In this document: piece after piece, positions 1-11,288 of the stretch | Layout of the letters: the number at the start of each line of letters is the position of its first letter | How positions within the stretch are numbered: the first letter of the stretch is position 1 | Assembly: GCA_964016885.1 (NCBI GenBank) | Contig: OZ024741.1 | Span: 397,606,001 to 397,670,000 of the forward strand | DNA: 64,000 nucleotides | Direction of reading: 5' to 3' | DNA from: Eledone cirrhosa | Lineage: Eukaryota | Program-made: the position numbers and the translations under genes | The notes under the pieces: model-generated | The model's input: the letters and a program-made list of their open reading frames with translations, nothing else | Database searches by the model: none | Told to the model about the DNA's origin: nothing

Positions 1-159
1 CTGGACACCGTTTTGGCTTGTGTCAGACACTGTGACCTCGAATGGACCAGCAGTACCGTTGGTAGGGGTCGCAACTGCAAAAAGTCCATCTCAACAGCCA
101 TTGACCATGGAGTTCTCTGTCTTTCATCTGTATTTTTATTTTTTAAAAGTAGTTTTTTA

Positions 160-247
160 AACCGGAAATTTATAATAAATTGAAATGAAAACCAACAGGT
201 GCGTGTGTTTCTTATTGGCAGCATGACCCTTCCAAAGCATAACAATG
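160..247. repeat. Dispersed repeat terminus; inverted copy at 2768-2882
   Basis: ggtgcgtgtgtttcttattggcagcatgacccttccaaagcataacaat is the near reverse complement of 2768-2820. Confidence 0.7.
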
Positions 248-422
248 TCTGTTTCAACACACGTTTTCATATAAGAAATCTTGCAAAACAAATTCGGAAA
301 CAAAATTTTTTAAGGTTTCCCCTTTAAAAGATTGTTTTTCGTTTTGCCTTGTTTTTGTTCGTTGTCTTATCCTCTCGTGGTTGATTTTCCTAAGTTTATA
401 TATATATATATATATATATACA

Positions 423-605
423 GGAAAAAGTATGACCCCGACGGCAGAGCTCAAGCCATTTCGACGGCTATTTCTGGACGTCGAAACGGCTTGAGCTGTG
501 CCATCGGGGTCATACTTTTTTCCTATTTCCCACTCTACTACCCTAATTATTGAGTACTCTGGTGCGTTATGGTCCATCTGGTTCCTTACCACATTTCCTT
601 TGTTA
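423..605 (+). mobile_element. Short non-coding element with inverted 5' duplication (fold-back), family also at 12083-12271 and 36212-36323
   Basis: Arms 423-466/479-523 are inverted; same body sequence in three places, flanked by (TA)n. Confidence 0.75.
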
Positions 606-625
606 TATATATATATACATATATA

Positions 626-797
626 TCCAGGTGAAACTTGAACCGTTAAGGTCTCATTCCTGGATATGTCAATATTTATAAAACAAACTTTGTATTTTAT
701 CTGATGAGAGCGTACCAAAGTTTTGGTGGCCTTGAAATATATATAATAGAATAAATATGGTTTTATAAATATAGTTTCCATTTATTAATATCATTGA
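626..797 (+). mobile_element. Non-autonomous hammerhead-containing element (Penelope pLTR/retrozyme-like), second copy 24958-25220
   Basis: Two similar copies adjacent to (TA)n, both containing a hammerhead core. Confidence 0.7.
693..753 (+). ncRNA. Minimal type I hammerhead ribozyme motif
   Basis: Stem I TATTTTAT/ATAGAATA, CTGATGA (701-707), stem II hairpin, GAAA (734-737), palindromic TATATA, UA cleavage site. Confidence 0.65.
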
Positions 798-802
798 TTT
801 AT

Positions 803-2701
803 ATCATCATCATCATCATCATCAACGTTTAACGTCCGTGTTCCATGCTTGCATGGGTTTGGGGGTTTTCCCACTTGAGGCAAGAGTGATTGTCTTGCTC
901 GCATAGGACTGTCTGGCAGGTTTTCTACAGTTGGATGCCCTTCCTAACACCAACCACATTTACAGTGTGGGTCTGGGAGGTTTTTACCGTGTTGCCTACA
1001 CGGCCACATTACAGCGTGGACTGTGTGTTTTTTTGTCGTGACACCTACACGATCTCATTTGTTTCGGCCTGGATGGTGTGGCACCAACATAACTTTACAT
1101 AGAACGGGGTGGTGTGGGGGGGGGGGGGGGGGGGTATTTTGTTAGAGATGCCTACTGACTGTAGTAGGTTTTACTTTGTATTTAGGTAAGGCGGGTCTTC
1201 TCTATTACTGAGTACCGCCAAAGGTCTCGGTCCAGTGACATTGTCTTGGTGAGGTGTAAGTGTGTGAGGTCGGAGTTTATCAGCTCGTCCCAGGTTTTTC
1301 TGGGTCTGCCTATTCCGTGGCTACCGTCTATCTTTATTGCCCTGCACTTTGTTATACAGCTATCGTCCTTCATGCGCATCACGTGACCATACCAACGTAG
1401 CCTTCTCTCTAGTAAACAACATCTGATCCCTCTTATTTCTAATTTTTTCCTTAGTTCGTTTATGCTTTGTCGTTCACGTATATTACTATTACACATCCAG
1501 CGGAGCATGCAAGCTTCGTTTCTCTCTAGTCTGCGTATATCCTCTGCACACAATGCCCAGGTCTCACTGCCATGCAACATTGCTGTTCGTATGCAGGCAT
1601 CGTACAACCTGCCTTTCATTTTTAGGGAGAACCCTTTAGCGGCTAATAGTGGTATAAGCTCTCTGAACTTTTTCCACCCAGTTCTGACTCTAGCTACTGT
1701 ACTTTCAGAGCACCCTCCCCCACTGCTGATTTTGTCACCCAGGTAACAGAAGCTGTCCACTATTTCTATAGAACCCTCTGCGCAGTTGAAAGAGCTAGTA
1801 TTTTGTGGGCACTTGCTGCTACTTATTGCCCCAGAACACCGGCCACATGTAAAATCTACGTTCTTAGTTAGCTTACCTGTGATCCCACTACATCTTTTAT
1901 GCACCCAAACTTTGCATTTGGGACACAAAATGGAATTTCTACCTACGCCTTTCCTACACTCTGCGCATGGCCACTTCCCGGAGGGGACCGCCGCCTTATT
2001 TTCTTTCTTACAAACTAGAACTTTAGTCTTAGCCAGGTTAATTTTAAGGCCTTTTGATTCTAGGCCGTGCTTCCATGTTTGGAATTTCTTCTCTAGCTCG
2101 GCCATTGATTCAGCTATGAGCGTTAGATAATCTGCGTATAGGAGTTCCCATGGGCAGCCGGTCTTGAACTCCACTGTTATAGCCTGGAGGGCAATAATAA
2201 ATAGTAGGGGGCTAAGAACAGAGCCCTGATGAACACCAACTTTTACACTAAACTCTTCACTATATTCGTTGTTAATTCTAACCTTGCTGACTGTTTCTTT
2301 ATACATGGCTTGTATAGCTCTCACAAGCCATTCATCAACACCTAGTTTTTTAAGAGCCCACCAGATAATGGAACGGGGGACTCTGTCGAAGGCCTTCTCC
2401 AAGTCGACGAAAGCTAAGTATAGGGGTTTACTTTTAGCTAAGTACTTCTCCTGTAGTTGTCGTACAATGAAAAGAGCGTCTGTGGTACTTTTTCCTGACA
2501 CAAACCCGAACTGCATTTCATCTAGATCAATTCGCTCTCTGATTAGTTGCGCTATTACTTTTTCCGTGACCTTCATGACCTGGTCCATTAATTTAATGCC
2601 TCTATAGTTACTCCTATCTAGGGCATCTCCTTTACCCTTATAACAGTTAACGATAATGCTGCTACGCCAGTCCTTCGGAACAACCCCATTCTGTATGACT
2701 T
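803..2701 (-). mobile_element. 5'-truncated RTE-clade LINE (family A); RT ORF 1182-2588 with YADD mutated to YADY
   Basis: FVDLEKAFD, GVHQGSVLSPLLF, RRLRWYGHV motifs; 3' UTR and (TGA)n tail. Confidence 0.95.
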
Positions 2702-2703
2702 AT

Positions 2704-2752
2704 GTCCCACCCTTGCAAGCAGGGAAAAGCGGACGTAAAATGATGATGATGA
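2704..2752 (+). mobile_element. 3'-terminal fragment of a second RTE family with (TGA)n tail
   Basis: cccacccttgcaagcagggaaaagcggacgtaaaatgatg identical to the 3' end of the RTE fragment at 30470-30708. Confidence 0.8.
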
Positions 2753-2880
2753 TATATATATATATATATTGTTATACTTTGGGAGGGTCATGTTGCCAAT
2801 AAGAAACACACGCACCAGTTGCTTTCACTTCAAATTATTATAAATTAAATTTATAAATTTAGGAATTTATAAATTTCCGG

Positions 2881-3580
2881 TTGGTTGGTTGGTTCCACAA
2901 CCAGATGATTGTTCATATAGTGTCAAAGTTCTTTCGTCACACATTCTGTGACCTCTTCAGTGACTGGGGATTCTTTTCTTTGTTTTTGTGCCTCTCCTTT
3001 GTTCTGTCCTACGCCATCTTGTTTTTGTGTGTGTTGTGTGCTTAGTTTGTGCATGTGTTACATCCGGGAGTCTGTGTGTGTTTATATTTGTTTGTTTATT
3101 TATTTGTTTATTTACATGTTACTGGTTGGTTGTTTGTTCTATGTGTGTGTGTGTGTTTTCATTTTGTCCTTAATTGTAAGTTGTGATGTTGCTGTTCCAT
3201 TCATGTTTTCTATTTAATTTTGGTTGGAGTTTATTTATGTTTATTGCCTCTGTGATTTGTCTAAACATTGCGTCTTTTCTGTGTGTAGATTCTATTTTTA
3301 TTTCTATGTTCTCTAATTTACCCTTATGTTCTATTTTAGCATGTTGGTAGAGTACAGATGATTCTTTACTATCTTGAAGGTCTCGCCAGTGTTCATTTAT
3401 CCGTTCCCCTATACTACGAGCTGTCTCACCTATGTACACTATATTCTTATCTCTACATTGTCCTTCAGTGCATCTTATGCTATATACTACATTTCTAGTT
3501 TTACAGTTAATATGGGGGCTTAATTTACAGATTATACATTTCTTATCTATACAGGGAGGTCTTTGAAAAGACCCCCACCC
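2881..3580 (-). mobile_element. Penelope-like element 3' fragment: GIY-YIG endonuclease (ORF 3170-3592) plus 3' pLTR
   Basis: CxxC...NCKTRNVVYSIRC...VYIGETARSIGERINEH...RQITEAINI...LNR; hammerhead in downstream non-coding part; (CCAA)n end. Confidence 0.9.
2922..2964 (-). ncRNA. Minimal type I hammerhead ribozyme in Penelope pLTR
   Basis: Minus strand GTCA-CTGAAGA-G-GTCACA(gaatg)TGTGAC-GAAA-GAAC-TT-TGAC: intact core and all three stems. Confidence 0.85.
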
Positions 3581-3739
3581 CACCCACCCCAATTGAACTA
3601 ACTACCAACTTCAATGAGTGTGATTTGAAGGTGATTTAACTGCTATTACTAACACGCCCAGAGACCTGCAACTATTTACAAGTTTTTTTCTCGTTGGTTA
3701 GTGACTTGGTTTGTGTAATAGAAAGATATTGATGGAAAT

Positions 3740-4092
3740 GGTAGTGGTGGTGGTGGTGGTGGTAGTAGTAGTGGTAGTGGTAGCATTAGTAATGGTGGTG
3801 GTATTATTAGTGGTGGTGATGGTGGTAGTGGTAGCATTAGTAATGGTGGTGGTATTATTAGTTGTGGTGTGGTGGTGCTATTACTAGTGGTGGTGGTGGT
3901 GGTAGTGGTAGTAGTAGTAGTAGTAGTGGTAGTGGTAGCATTAAAAATGGTGGTGGTGGTGGTGAAATAGTGGCGATGTGATAGTAGTAGTGGTGGTGGT
4001 GTTGGTGGTGGTGGTAGTAATAGTAGTAGTAGTAGTAGGGGTGGTGGTGGTGGTAGTAGTAGTTGTAATGTTGATGGTAGTGGTGGTGGGGA
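3740..4092. repeat. (GGT/AGT)n microsatellite
   Basis: Direct inspection. Confidence 0.9.
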
Positions 4093-4134
4093 TGAAATAA
4101 ATTAAAAAGTCCTAACAAAAATCTGGACTCCCTT

Positions 4135-4525
4135 TCCTCCTGTCCTCCACTCCGCCCCACCTGTCCCCCACTCCGCCCCACCTGTCCTCCACTCCGCCCC
4201 ACCTGTCCCCCACTCCGCCCCACCTATCCTCCACTCCGCCCCACCTGTCCCCCACTCCGCCCCACCTGTCCTCCACTCCACCCCACCTGCCCCCCACTCC
4301 ACCCCACCTGTCCCCACTCCGCCCCACCTGTCCTCCACTCCGCCCCACCTGTCCTCCACTCCGCCTCACCTGTCCCCCACTCCACCCCACATGTCCGCCC
4401 CCCACTCCACCCCACCTGTCCCCCAATCCATCCCACCTGTCCCCACTCCGCCCCACCTGTCCCCCACTCCACCCCACCTGTCCCCCACTCCGCCCCACCT
4501 GTCCCCCACTCCACCCCACCTCACC
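4135..4525. repeat. ~21-nt C-rich minisatellite (ccacctgtcc(c/t)ccactcc(g/a)cc)n
   Basis: Tandem 20-21-nt units. Confidence 0.9.
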
Positions 4526-4636
4526 TATCCCCTGACACCAATCTAATCACTTCTTCATCCCTTTAAAGCACACAAGATATCGTTTGTAATAAAGGTCCTC
4601 TGTAGATGATTCATGTCAGTGTCTGTCCTACACCTG

Positions 4637-7600
4637 CTACTGCTGTTGTGTCTGTTGTGTGTCTGTTGTGTCTGCTGTGTGTCTGTTGTGTGTCTAGTGT
4701 GTCTGTTGTGTGTCTAGTGTGTCTGTTGTGTGTCTAGTGTATCTGTTGTGTGTCTGTTGTGTGTCTGCTGTGTGTCTGTTGTGTGTCTAGTGTGTCTGTT
4801 GTGTGTCTAGTGTGTCTGTTGTGTGTCTAGTGTATCTGTTGTGTGTCTGTTGTGTGACTGTTGTGTCTGTTGTGTGTCTAGTGTGTCTGTAGTGTGTCTG
4901 TTGTGTGTCTGTTGTGTGTCTAGTGTGTCTGTTGTGTCTGTTGTGTGTCTAGTGTGTGTCTAGTGTGTCTAGTGTGTCTGTTGTGTGTCTGTTGTGTCTG
5001 TTGTGTGTCTGTTGTGTGTCTAGTGTGTCTGTTGTGTCTGTTCTGTGTCTAGTGTGTCTGTTGTGTCTGTTGTGTCTGTTGTGTGTCTAGTGTGTCTGTT
5101 GTGTGTCTAGTGTGTCTGTTGTGTGTCTAGTGTGTCTGTTGTGTGTCTGTTGTGTGTCTAGCGTGTCTGTTGTGTGTCTAGTGTGTCTGTAATGTCTGTT
5201 GTGTGTCTAGTGTGTCTAGTGTGTCTAGTGTGTCTGTTGTGTGTCTGTTGTGTGTCTGTAGTGTGTCTAGTGTATCTGTAGTGTGTCTGTTGTGTGTCTA
5301 GTGTATGTTGTGTCTGTTGTGTGTCTAGTGTGTCTTTTGTGTGTCTAGTGTGTCTTTTGTGTGTCTAGTGTGTCTTTTGTGTGTCTAGTGTGTCTGTTGT
5401 GTGTCTAGTGTGTCTGTAGTGTGTCTGTTGTGTGTCTAGTGTGTCTGTTGTGTGTCTAGTGTGTCTGTTGTGTGTCTAGTGTGTGTCTAGTGTGTCTGTA
5501 GTGTGTCTAGTCTGTCTGTTGTGTGTCTGTAGTGTGTCTGTAGTGTGTCTAGTGTGTCTAGTGTGTCTAGTGTGTCTGTAATGTCTGTTGTGTGTCTGTT
5601 GTGTGTCTAGTGTGTCTGTTATGTGTCTAGTGTGTCTGTTGTGTGTCTAGTGTGTCTGTTGTGTGTCTAGTGTCTGTTGTGTCTGTTGTGTGTCTAGTGT
5701 GTCTGTTGTGTGTCTAGTCTGTCTGTTGTGTGTCTAGTGTGTCTCTGGTGTGTCTAGTGTGTCTAGTGTGTCTGTAGTGTGTCTGTTGTGTGTCTAGTGT
5801 GTCTGTTGTGTGTCTAGTGTGTCTGTTATGTGTCTAGTGTGTCTGTTGTGTGTCTAGTGTGTCTGTTGTGTGTCTAGTGTCTGTTGTGTGTCTAGTGTGT
5901 CTGTTGTGTGTCTAGTGTGTCTGTTGTGTGTCTAGTGTGTCTGTTGTGTGTCTAGTGTGTCTGTTGTGTGTCTAGTGTGTCTGTTGTGTGTCTAGTGTGT
6001 CTGTAGTGTGTCTAGTGTGTCTGCTGTGTGTCTAGTGTGTCTGTTGTGTCTGTTGTGTGTCTGTTGTGTGTCTGTTGTGTGTCTGTTGTGTGTCTGTTGT
6101 GTGTCTGTTGTGTCTGTTGTGTGTCTAGTGTGTCTGTTGTGTGTCTAGTGTCTGTTGTGTCTGTTGTGTGTCTAGTATGTCTGTTGTGTGTCTGTTGTGT
6201 CTGTAGTGTATGTTATGGCTGTTGTGTGTCTAGTGTGTCTGTAGTGTCTGTAGTGTGTCTGTTGTGTGTCTAGTGTGTCTGTTCTGTGTCTAGTGTGTCT
6301 GTTGTGTGTCTGTTGTGTCTGTAGTGTGTCTAGTGTGTCTGTTGTGTGTCTCGTGTGTCTGTTGTGTGTCTGTTGTGTGTCTAGTGTGTCTGTTGTGTGT
6401 CTAGTGTGTCTGTTGTGTGTCTAGTGAGTCTGTTGTGTGTCTAGTGTGTATGTAGTGTGTCTGTTGTGTGTCTAGTATGTCTGTAGTGTGTCTGTTGTGT
6501 GTCTAGTGTGTCTGTTGTGTGTCTGTTGTGTCTGTTGTGTCTGTTGTGTGTCTGTTGTGTGTCTAGTGTGTGTCTGTTGTGTCTGTTGTGTGTCTAGTGT
6601 GTCTGTTGTGTGTCTAGTGTGTCTGTAGTGTCTGTTGTGTCTGTTGTGTGTCTAGTGTTTCTGTAGTGTCTCTGTTGTGTCTAGTGTGTCTGTTGTGTGT
6701 CTAGTGTGTCTGTAGTGTGTCTAGTGTGTCTGTTGTGTGTCTGTTGTGTGTCTGTTGTGTCTGTTGTGTGTCTGTTGTGTGTCTGTTGTGCCTGTAGTGT
6801 CTGTTATGTCTGTAGTGTCTGTTGTGTCTGTTGTGTCTAGTGTGTCTGTTGTGTCTGTTGTGCGTCTGTTGTGTCTGTAGTGTGTGTTGTGTCTGTTGTG
6901 TGTCTGTTGTGTGTCTGTTGTGTCTGTTGTGTCTGTTGTGTCTGTTGTGTGTCTGTTGTGTCTGTAGTGTGCCTGTTGTGTCTGCTGTGTGTCTGTAGTG
7001 TGTCTGTTGTGTGTCTAGTGTGTCTAGTGTGTCTGTTGTGTCTGTTGTGTGTGTTGTGCCTGTTGTGTGTCTGTTGTCTGTTGTGTCTGTTGTGTGTCTG
7101 TTGTGTCTGTTGTGTCTGTAGTGTGTCTGTTGTGTCTGTTGTGTCTGTTGTGTCTGTTGTGTGTCTGTTGTGTGTCTGTTGTGTCTGTTGTGTGTCTGTT
7201 GTGTCTGTTGTGTGTCTGTAGTGTGTGTTGTGCCTGTTGTGTCTGTAGTGTCTGTTGTGTGTGATGTGTCTGTTGTGTGTCTGTAGTGTCTGTTGTGTCT
7301 GTAGTGTGTGATGTGTCTGTTGTGTGTCTAGTGTGTCTGTAGTGTCTGTAGTGTGTCTAGTGTGTCTGTTGTGTCTGTAGTGTCTGTTGTGTCTAGTGTG
7401 TCTGTTGTGCGTCTGTTGTGTCTGTAGTGTGTGTTGTGTCTGTTGTGTCCCTGTTGTGTCTGTAATGTGTCTGTTGTGTCTGTAGTGTGTCTGTAGTGTC
7501 TGTTGTGTGTCTGTAGTGTGTCTGTAGTGTGTCTGTTGTGTGTCTAGTGTGTCTGTTGTGTCTGTTGTGTCTGTTGTGTGTCTGTTGTGTCTGTTGTGTG

Positions 7601-9350
7601 TCTGTTGTGTCTGTTGTGTGTCTGTAGTGTGTCTGTTGCGTCTGTAGTGTGTCTGTTGTGTGTCTGTTGTGTGTCTGTTGTGTCTGTTGTGTCTGTAGTG
7701 TGTCTGTTGTGTGTCTGTTGTGTCTGTAGTGTCTGTTGTGTCTGTAGTGTGTGTTGTGTCTGTTGTGTCTGTTGTGTGTCTGTTGTGTGTCTGTAGTGTC
7801 TGCTGTGTGTCTGCAGTGTGTCTGTAGTGTGTCTGTTGTGTGTCTAGTGTGTCTGTCGTGTCTGTCGTGTCTGTTGTGTCTGTTGTGTTTGCTGTGTCTG
7901 TTGTGTCTGTAGTGTGTCTGTTGTGTCTGTTGTGTGTCTGTTGTGTCTGTAGTGTGTCTGTTGTGTCTGTTGTGTCTGTTGTGTCTGATGTGTGTCTGTT
8001 GTGTCTGTCGTGTCTGTTGTGTCTGTAGTGTGTGTTGTGTCTGTAGTGTGTCTGTAGTGTGTCTGTTGTGTCTGTTGTGTGTGATGTGTCTGTTTTGTGT
8101 CTGTAGTGTCTGGTGTGTCTGTAGTGTGTGATGTGTCTGTTGTGTGTCTGTTGTGTCTGTTGTGTGTCTGTTGTGTGTCTAGTGTGTCTGTAGTGTGTCT
8201 AGTGTGTCTGTTGTGTGTGTCTGTTGTGTCTGTAGTGTCTGTTGTGTCTGTTGTGTCTAGTGTGTCTGTTGTGCGTCTGTTGTGTCTGTAGTGTGTGTTG
8301 TGTCTGCTGTGTCTTGTGTGTCTGTTGTGTCTGTTGTGTGTCTGGTGTGTCTGTAGTGTGTCTGTTGTGTGTCTAGTGTGTCTGTTGTGTCTGTTGTGTT
8401 TGCTGTGTCTGTTGTGTCTGGTGTGTCTGGTGTGTCTGTTGTCTGTTGTGTCTGTTGTGTGTCTGTAGTGTGTCTGTTGTGTCTGTTGTGTCTGTTGTGT
8501 GTCTGTTGTGTCTGTTGTGTGTCTGTTGTGTGTCTGTTGTGTCTGTAGTATGTGTTGTGCCTGTAGTGTGTCTGTTGTGTCTGTAGTGTCTGTTGTGTGT
8601 GATGTGTCTGTTGTGTGTCTGTAGTGTCTGTAGTGTGTGATGTGTCTGTTGTGTGTCTGTTGTGTCTGTTGTGTGTCTGTTGTGTGTCTAGTGTGTCTGT
8701 TGTGTGTCTAGTGTGTCTGTAGTGTGTCTAGTGTGTCTGTTGTGTCTGTTGTGTGTCTGTTGTGTCTGTTGTGTCTAGTGTGTCTGTTGTGCGTCTGTTG
8801 TGTCTGTAGTGTGTGTTGTGTCTGCTGTGTCTGTTGTGTGTCTATTGTGTCTGTAATGTGTCTGTTGTGTCTGTAGTGTGTCTGTAGTGTCTGTAGTGTG
8901 TCTGTTGTGTGTCTAGTGTATCTGTTGTGTCTGTTGTGTCTGTTGTGTGTCTGTAGTGTGTCTGTAGTGTGTCTGTTGTGTGTCTGTAGTGTGTCTGTTG
9001 TGTGTCTGTTGTGTGTCTGTTGTGTCTTTTGTGTCTGTTGTGTGTCTGTTGTGTCTGTTGTGTGTCTGTTGTGTCTGTAGTGTGTCTGTTGTGTGTCTGT
9101 TGTGTCTGTAGTGTGTGTTGTGTCTGTAGTGTCTGTTGTGTATGTAGTGTGTGATGTGTATGTTGTGTGTCTGTTGTGTGTCTGTAGGGTCTGTTGTGTC
9201 TGTAGTGTGTGATGTGTCTGTTGTGTGTGATGCGTCTGTGTATGTTTTGTCTATAGTGTGGGTGTGTATGTGTTGTGTGTATGTGTTTTGTATGTTGTGT
9301 GTGTCTATGTGTGCGTGTGTGTGTGTATGTGTGTCTATGTGTGCGTGTGT
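4637..9350. repeat. 4.7-kb compound satellite of 10-12-nt units (tgtgtctgt(t/a)g / tgtgtctag)
   Basis: Direct inspection; the V/C/S/L-rich ORFs are artefacts. Confidence 0.95.
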
Positions 9351-9786
9351 ACTGTTGTTGAAGATATTGTTAAACTTTGAATTTTCTAATTACAAATATA
9401 AACATCACACATAAACACATACTTGCAGGTGTGTCAGATACACACACAAGAATAAAGGCGCACATACACCACACACACACCCCCACACACACACACACCA
9501 CATACACACCACACACACACCACATACACACCACACGCACACCACACACCACATACACCACCTACAAACCACACCACACACACCACCCGCACACCACACA
9601 CACCACACGCACACCACACACACACCACACATACACCACACACATATTCACTTAAGACATTCCACACGCGACCATCCCGTAGTTTCTATAATGCTCATTA
9701 TAGATTTATATTTTACTTTCGTTATGTATGATGGATCTCCGTCGGTCCACGACGAGTGTTCCAGTTGTATTTAAACAGCCTGTGGT

Positions 9787-9953
9787 CCTCTGCTGGATTT
9801 AAGACAAATGAGGCCCTGTGCTAGTTAAGTTATGAGGCGCCTTACTCGTAAAAAATCCACCGTAAAAAATTTGGGGCAGGCAGGAGATGGTTCCCCTGGC
9901 CAACGGGGCTCTATGCCAAAGCACACCTAAGCAGAATGGTAAACCTGGCAGTG
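9787..9953. mobile_element. Degenerate hAT-type MITE
   Basis: Imperfect TIR ctctgctggattta / taaacctggcagtg; 8-bp direct repeat cctgtggt at 9779-9786 and 9954-9961. Confidence 0.5.
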
Positions 9954-10020
9954 CCTGTGGTAAATGTATAGAATACCCCATTCGATTTCAGTGGGAAAAA
10001 CATCTTTTTCTGTTTTTTTT

Positions 10021-10246
10021 TCTTTCGTTTACTATCAATTAATCTAACCCCTAAGATTCTGGCAATCAACTCAGGAGAACTGAGGGGTGGGGTGCTTCCC
10101 CCACTCCTTCTCGAAGTTTTCCCTACGACTTTCCTTTTTTTAGCGTGTTGTCAACAAGTAGGTCCTTGAAACCAGTCGGAAACGACTGGATTTGTAGATA
10201 AAGATAGGCTGAAAGGTTACGAAAAGACCATCCGGGCGCGGTGGAG
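10021..10246 (+). ncRNA. Structured RNA candidate resembling a telomerase RNA template/pseudoknot core
   Basis: CTAACCCCTAA at 10044-10054; enclosing helix 10021-28/10219-27; hairpin 10074-10122; pseudoknot-compatible pairings; GAAA-tetraloop hairpin 10172-10189. No CR4/5 or H/ACA seen contiguous. Confidence 0.35.
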
Positions 10247-10262
10247 GTCAGATTAGTTGATA

Positions 10263-10348
10263 ATGGTGGTGGTGGCGGTGGTGGTGGTGGTGGTGGTGTT
10301 GGTGGTGGTGGTGGTGGTGGTGGCGGCGGTGGCGGCGGCGGTGGCGGC

Positions 10349-10379
<31 letters not shown>

Positions 10380-10392
10380 ATGGTGATGGTGG
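10263..10392. repeat. (GGT/GGC)n microsatellite
   Basis: Direct inspection. Confidence 0.9.
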
Positions 10393-10397
10393 TCATT

Positions 10398-10580
10398 ACG
10401 TTCTGAGTTCAAATCTCGCCCTGATCAAGTTTTCCTTCTTTTCATCTTTCCGGGGCATATGGTGGGGGCAGATATAACTGACTGTTCCCTTTCTATACCA
10501 GTGATACACTGGGTCAATGTAACCAGTCCTCTCCCTCCTCCTCACCAAAATCTCTGGTTTTCTGCCTATCTTGGAGGTTG
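10398..10580 (+). mobile_element. Diverged tRNA-derived SINE fragment
   Basis: tctgagttcaaatc B-box and ttttcatctttccgggg as in the family at 58432-58620. Confidence 0.55.
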
Positions 10581-10632
10581 TATCTATCTATCTATTCTAA
10601 CACACACTTCCTGTTTGTAAGATAAGGATCTT

Positions 10633-10798
10633 TACACACACACACGCTCACACACACACACATATACACACACACATACACACACTCACACATATACACA
10701 CACATACACACACACATACACACACTCACACACACATATATATGCACACACACACTCACACATATACACACACACACTCACACATATACACACACACT

Positions 10799-10830
<32 letters not shown>

Positions 10831-11017
10831 TATACACACACTCACACATACACACATATACACTCACACACGGACACACACACACACATATACATACACA
10901 CACACACATTCACACTCCCCTCTCTCCTTCTTTATCTATCTATCTATCTCATCCCTATCTATCTCTCTATATGTCTGTCTACCACGCCCTCCTCTCCTCT
11001 CTCTCTCCCACTCCCTC

Positions 11018-11052
<35 letters not shown>

Positions 11053-11100
11053 TTATATACACACACACACATATATAGAGAGAGAGGGGAGAGGAGGGTG
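10633..11100. repeat. (CA)n/(CT)n/(TG)n compound microsatellite
   Basis: Direct inspection. Confidence 0.9.
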
Positions 11101-11126
11101 GTGGTAGCTAGACAGACAGACATATA

Positions 11127-11288
11127 TGGCATACGTCAAGACGGGCGGTCTGGAAAGTGAAAGTAATTTTTGACACTGAATTTTTTTTTTTTTTTTTACA
11201 ACAGGTCTCAATAGTGTAATTTACGATACACACGCAATTGTATGGATTTCTTAATATATATATGTGTGTGCCCGTCTTGACGTATGCC

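Noticed and set aside
1-135. GC-richer segment at window start as an exon
   Set aside because: No frame gives a recognisable protein; adjacent to a dispersed repeat end
1462-2607. Antisense ORFs over RTE copies
   Set aside because: Shadow frames of the RT coding sequence
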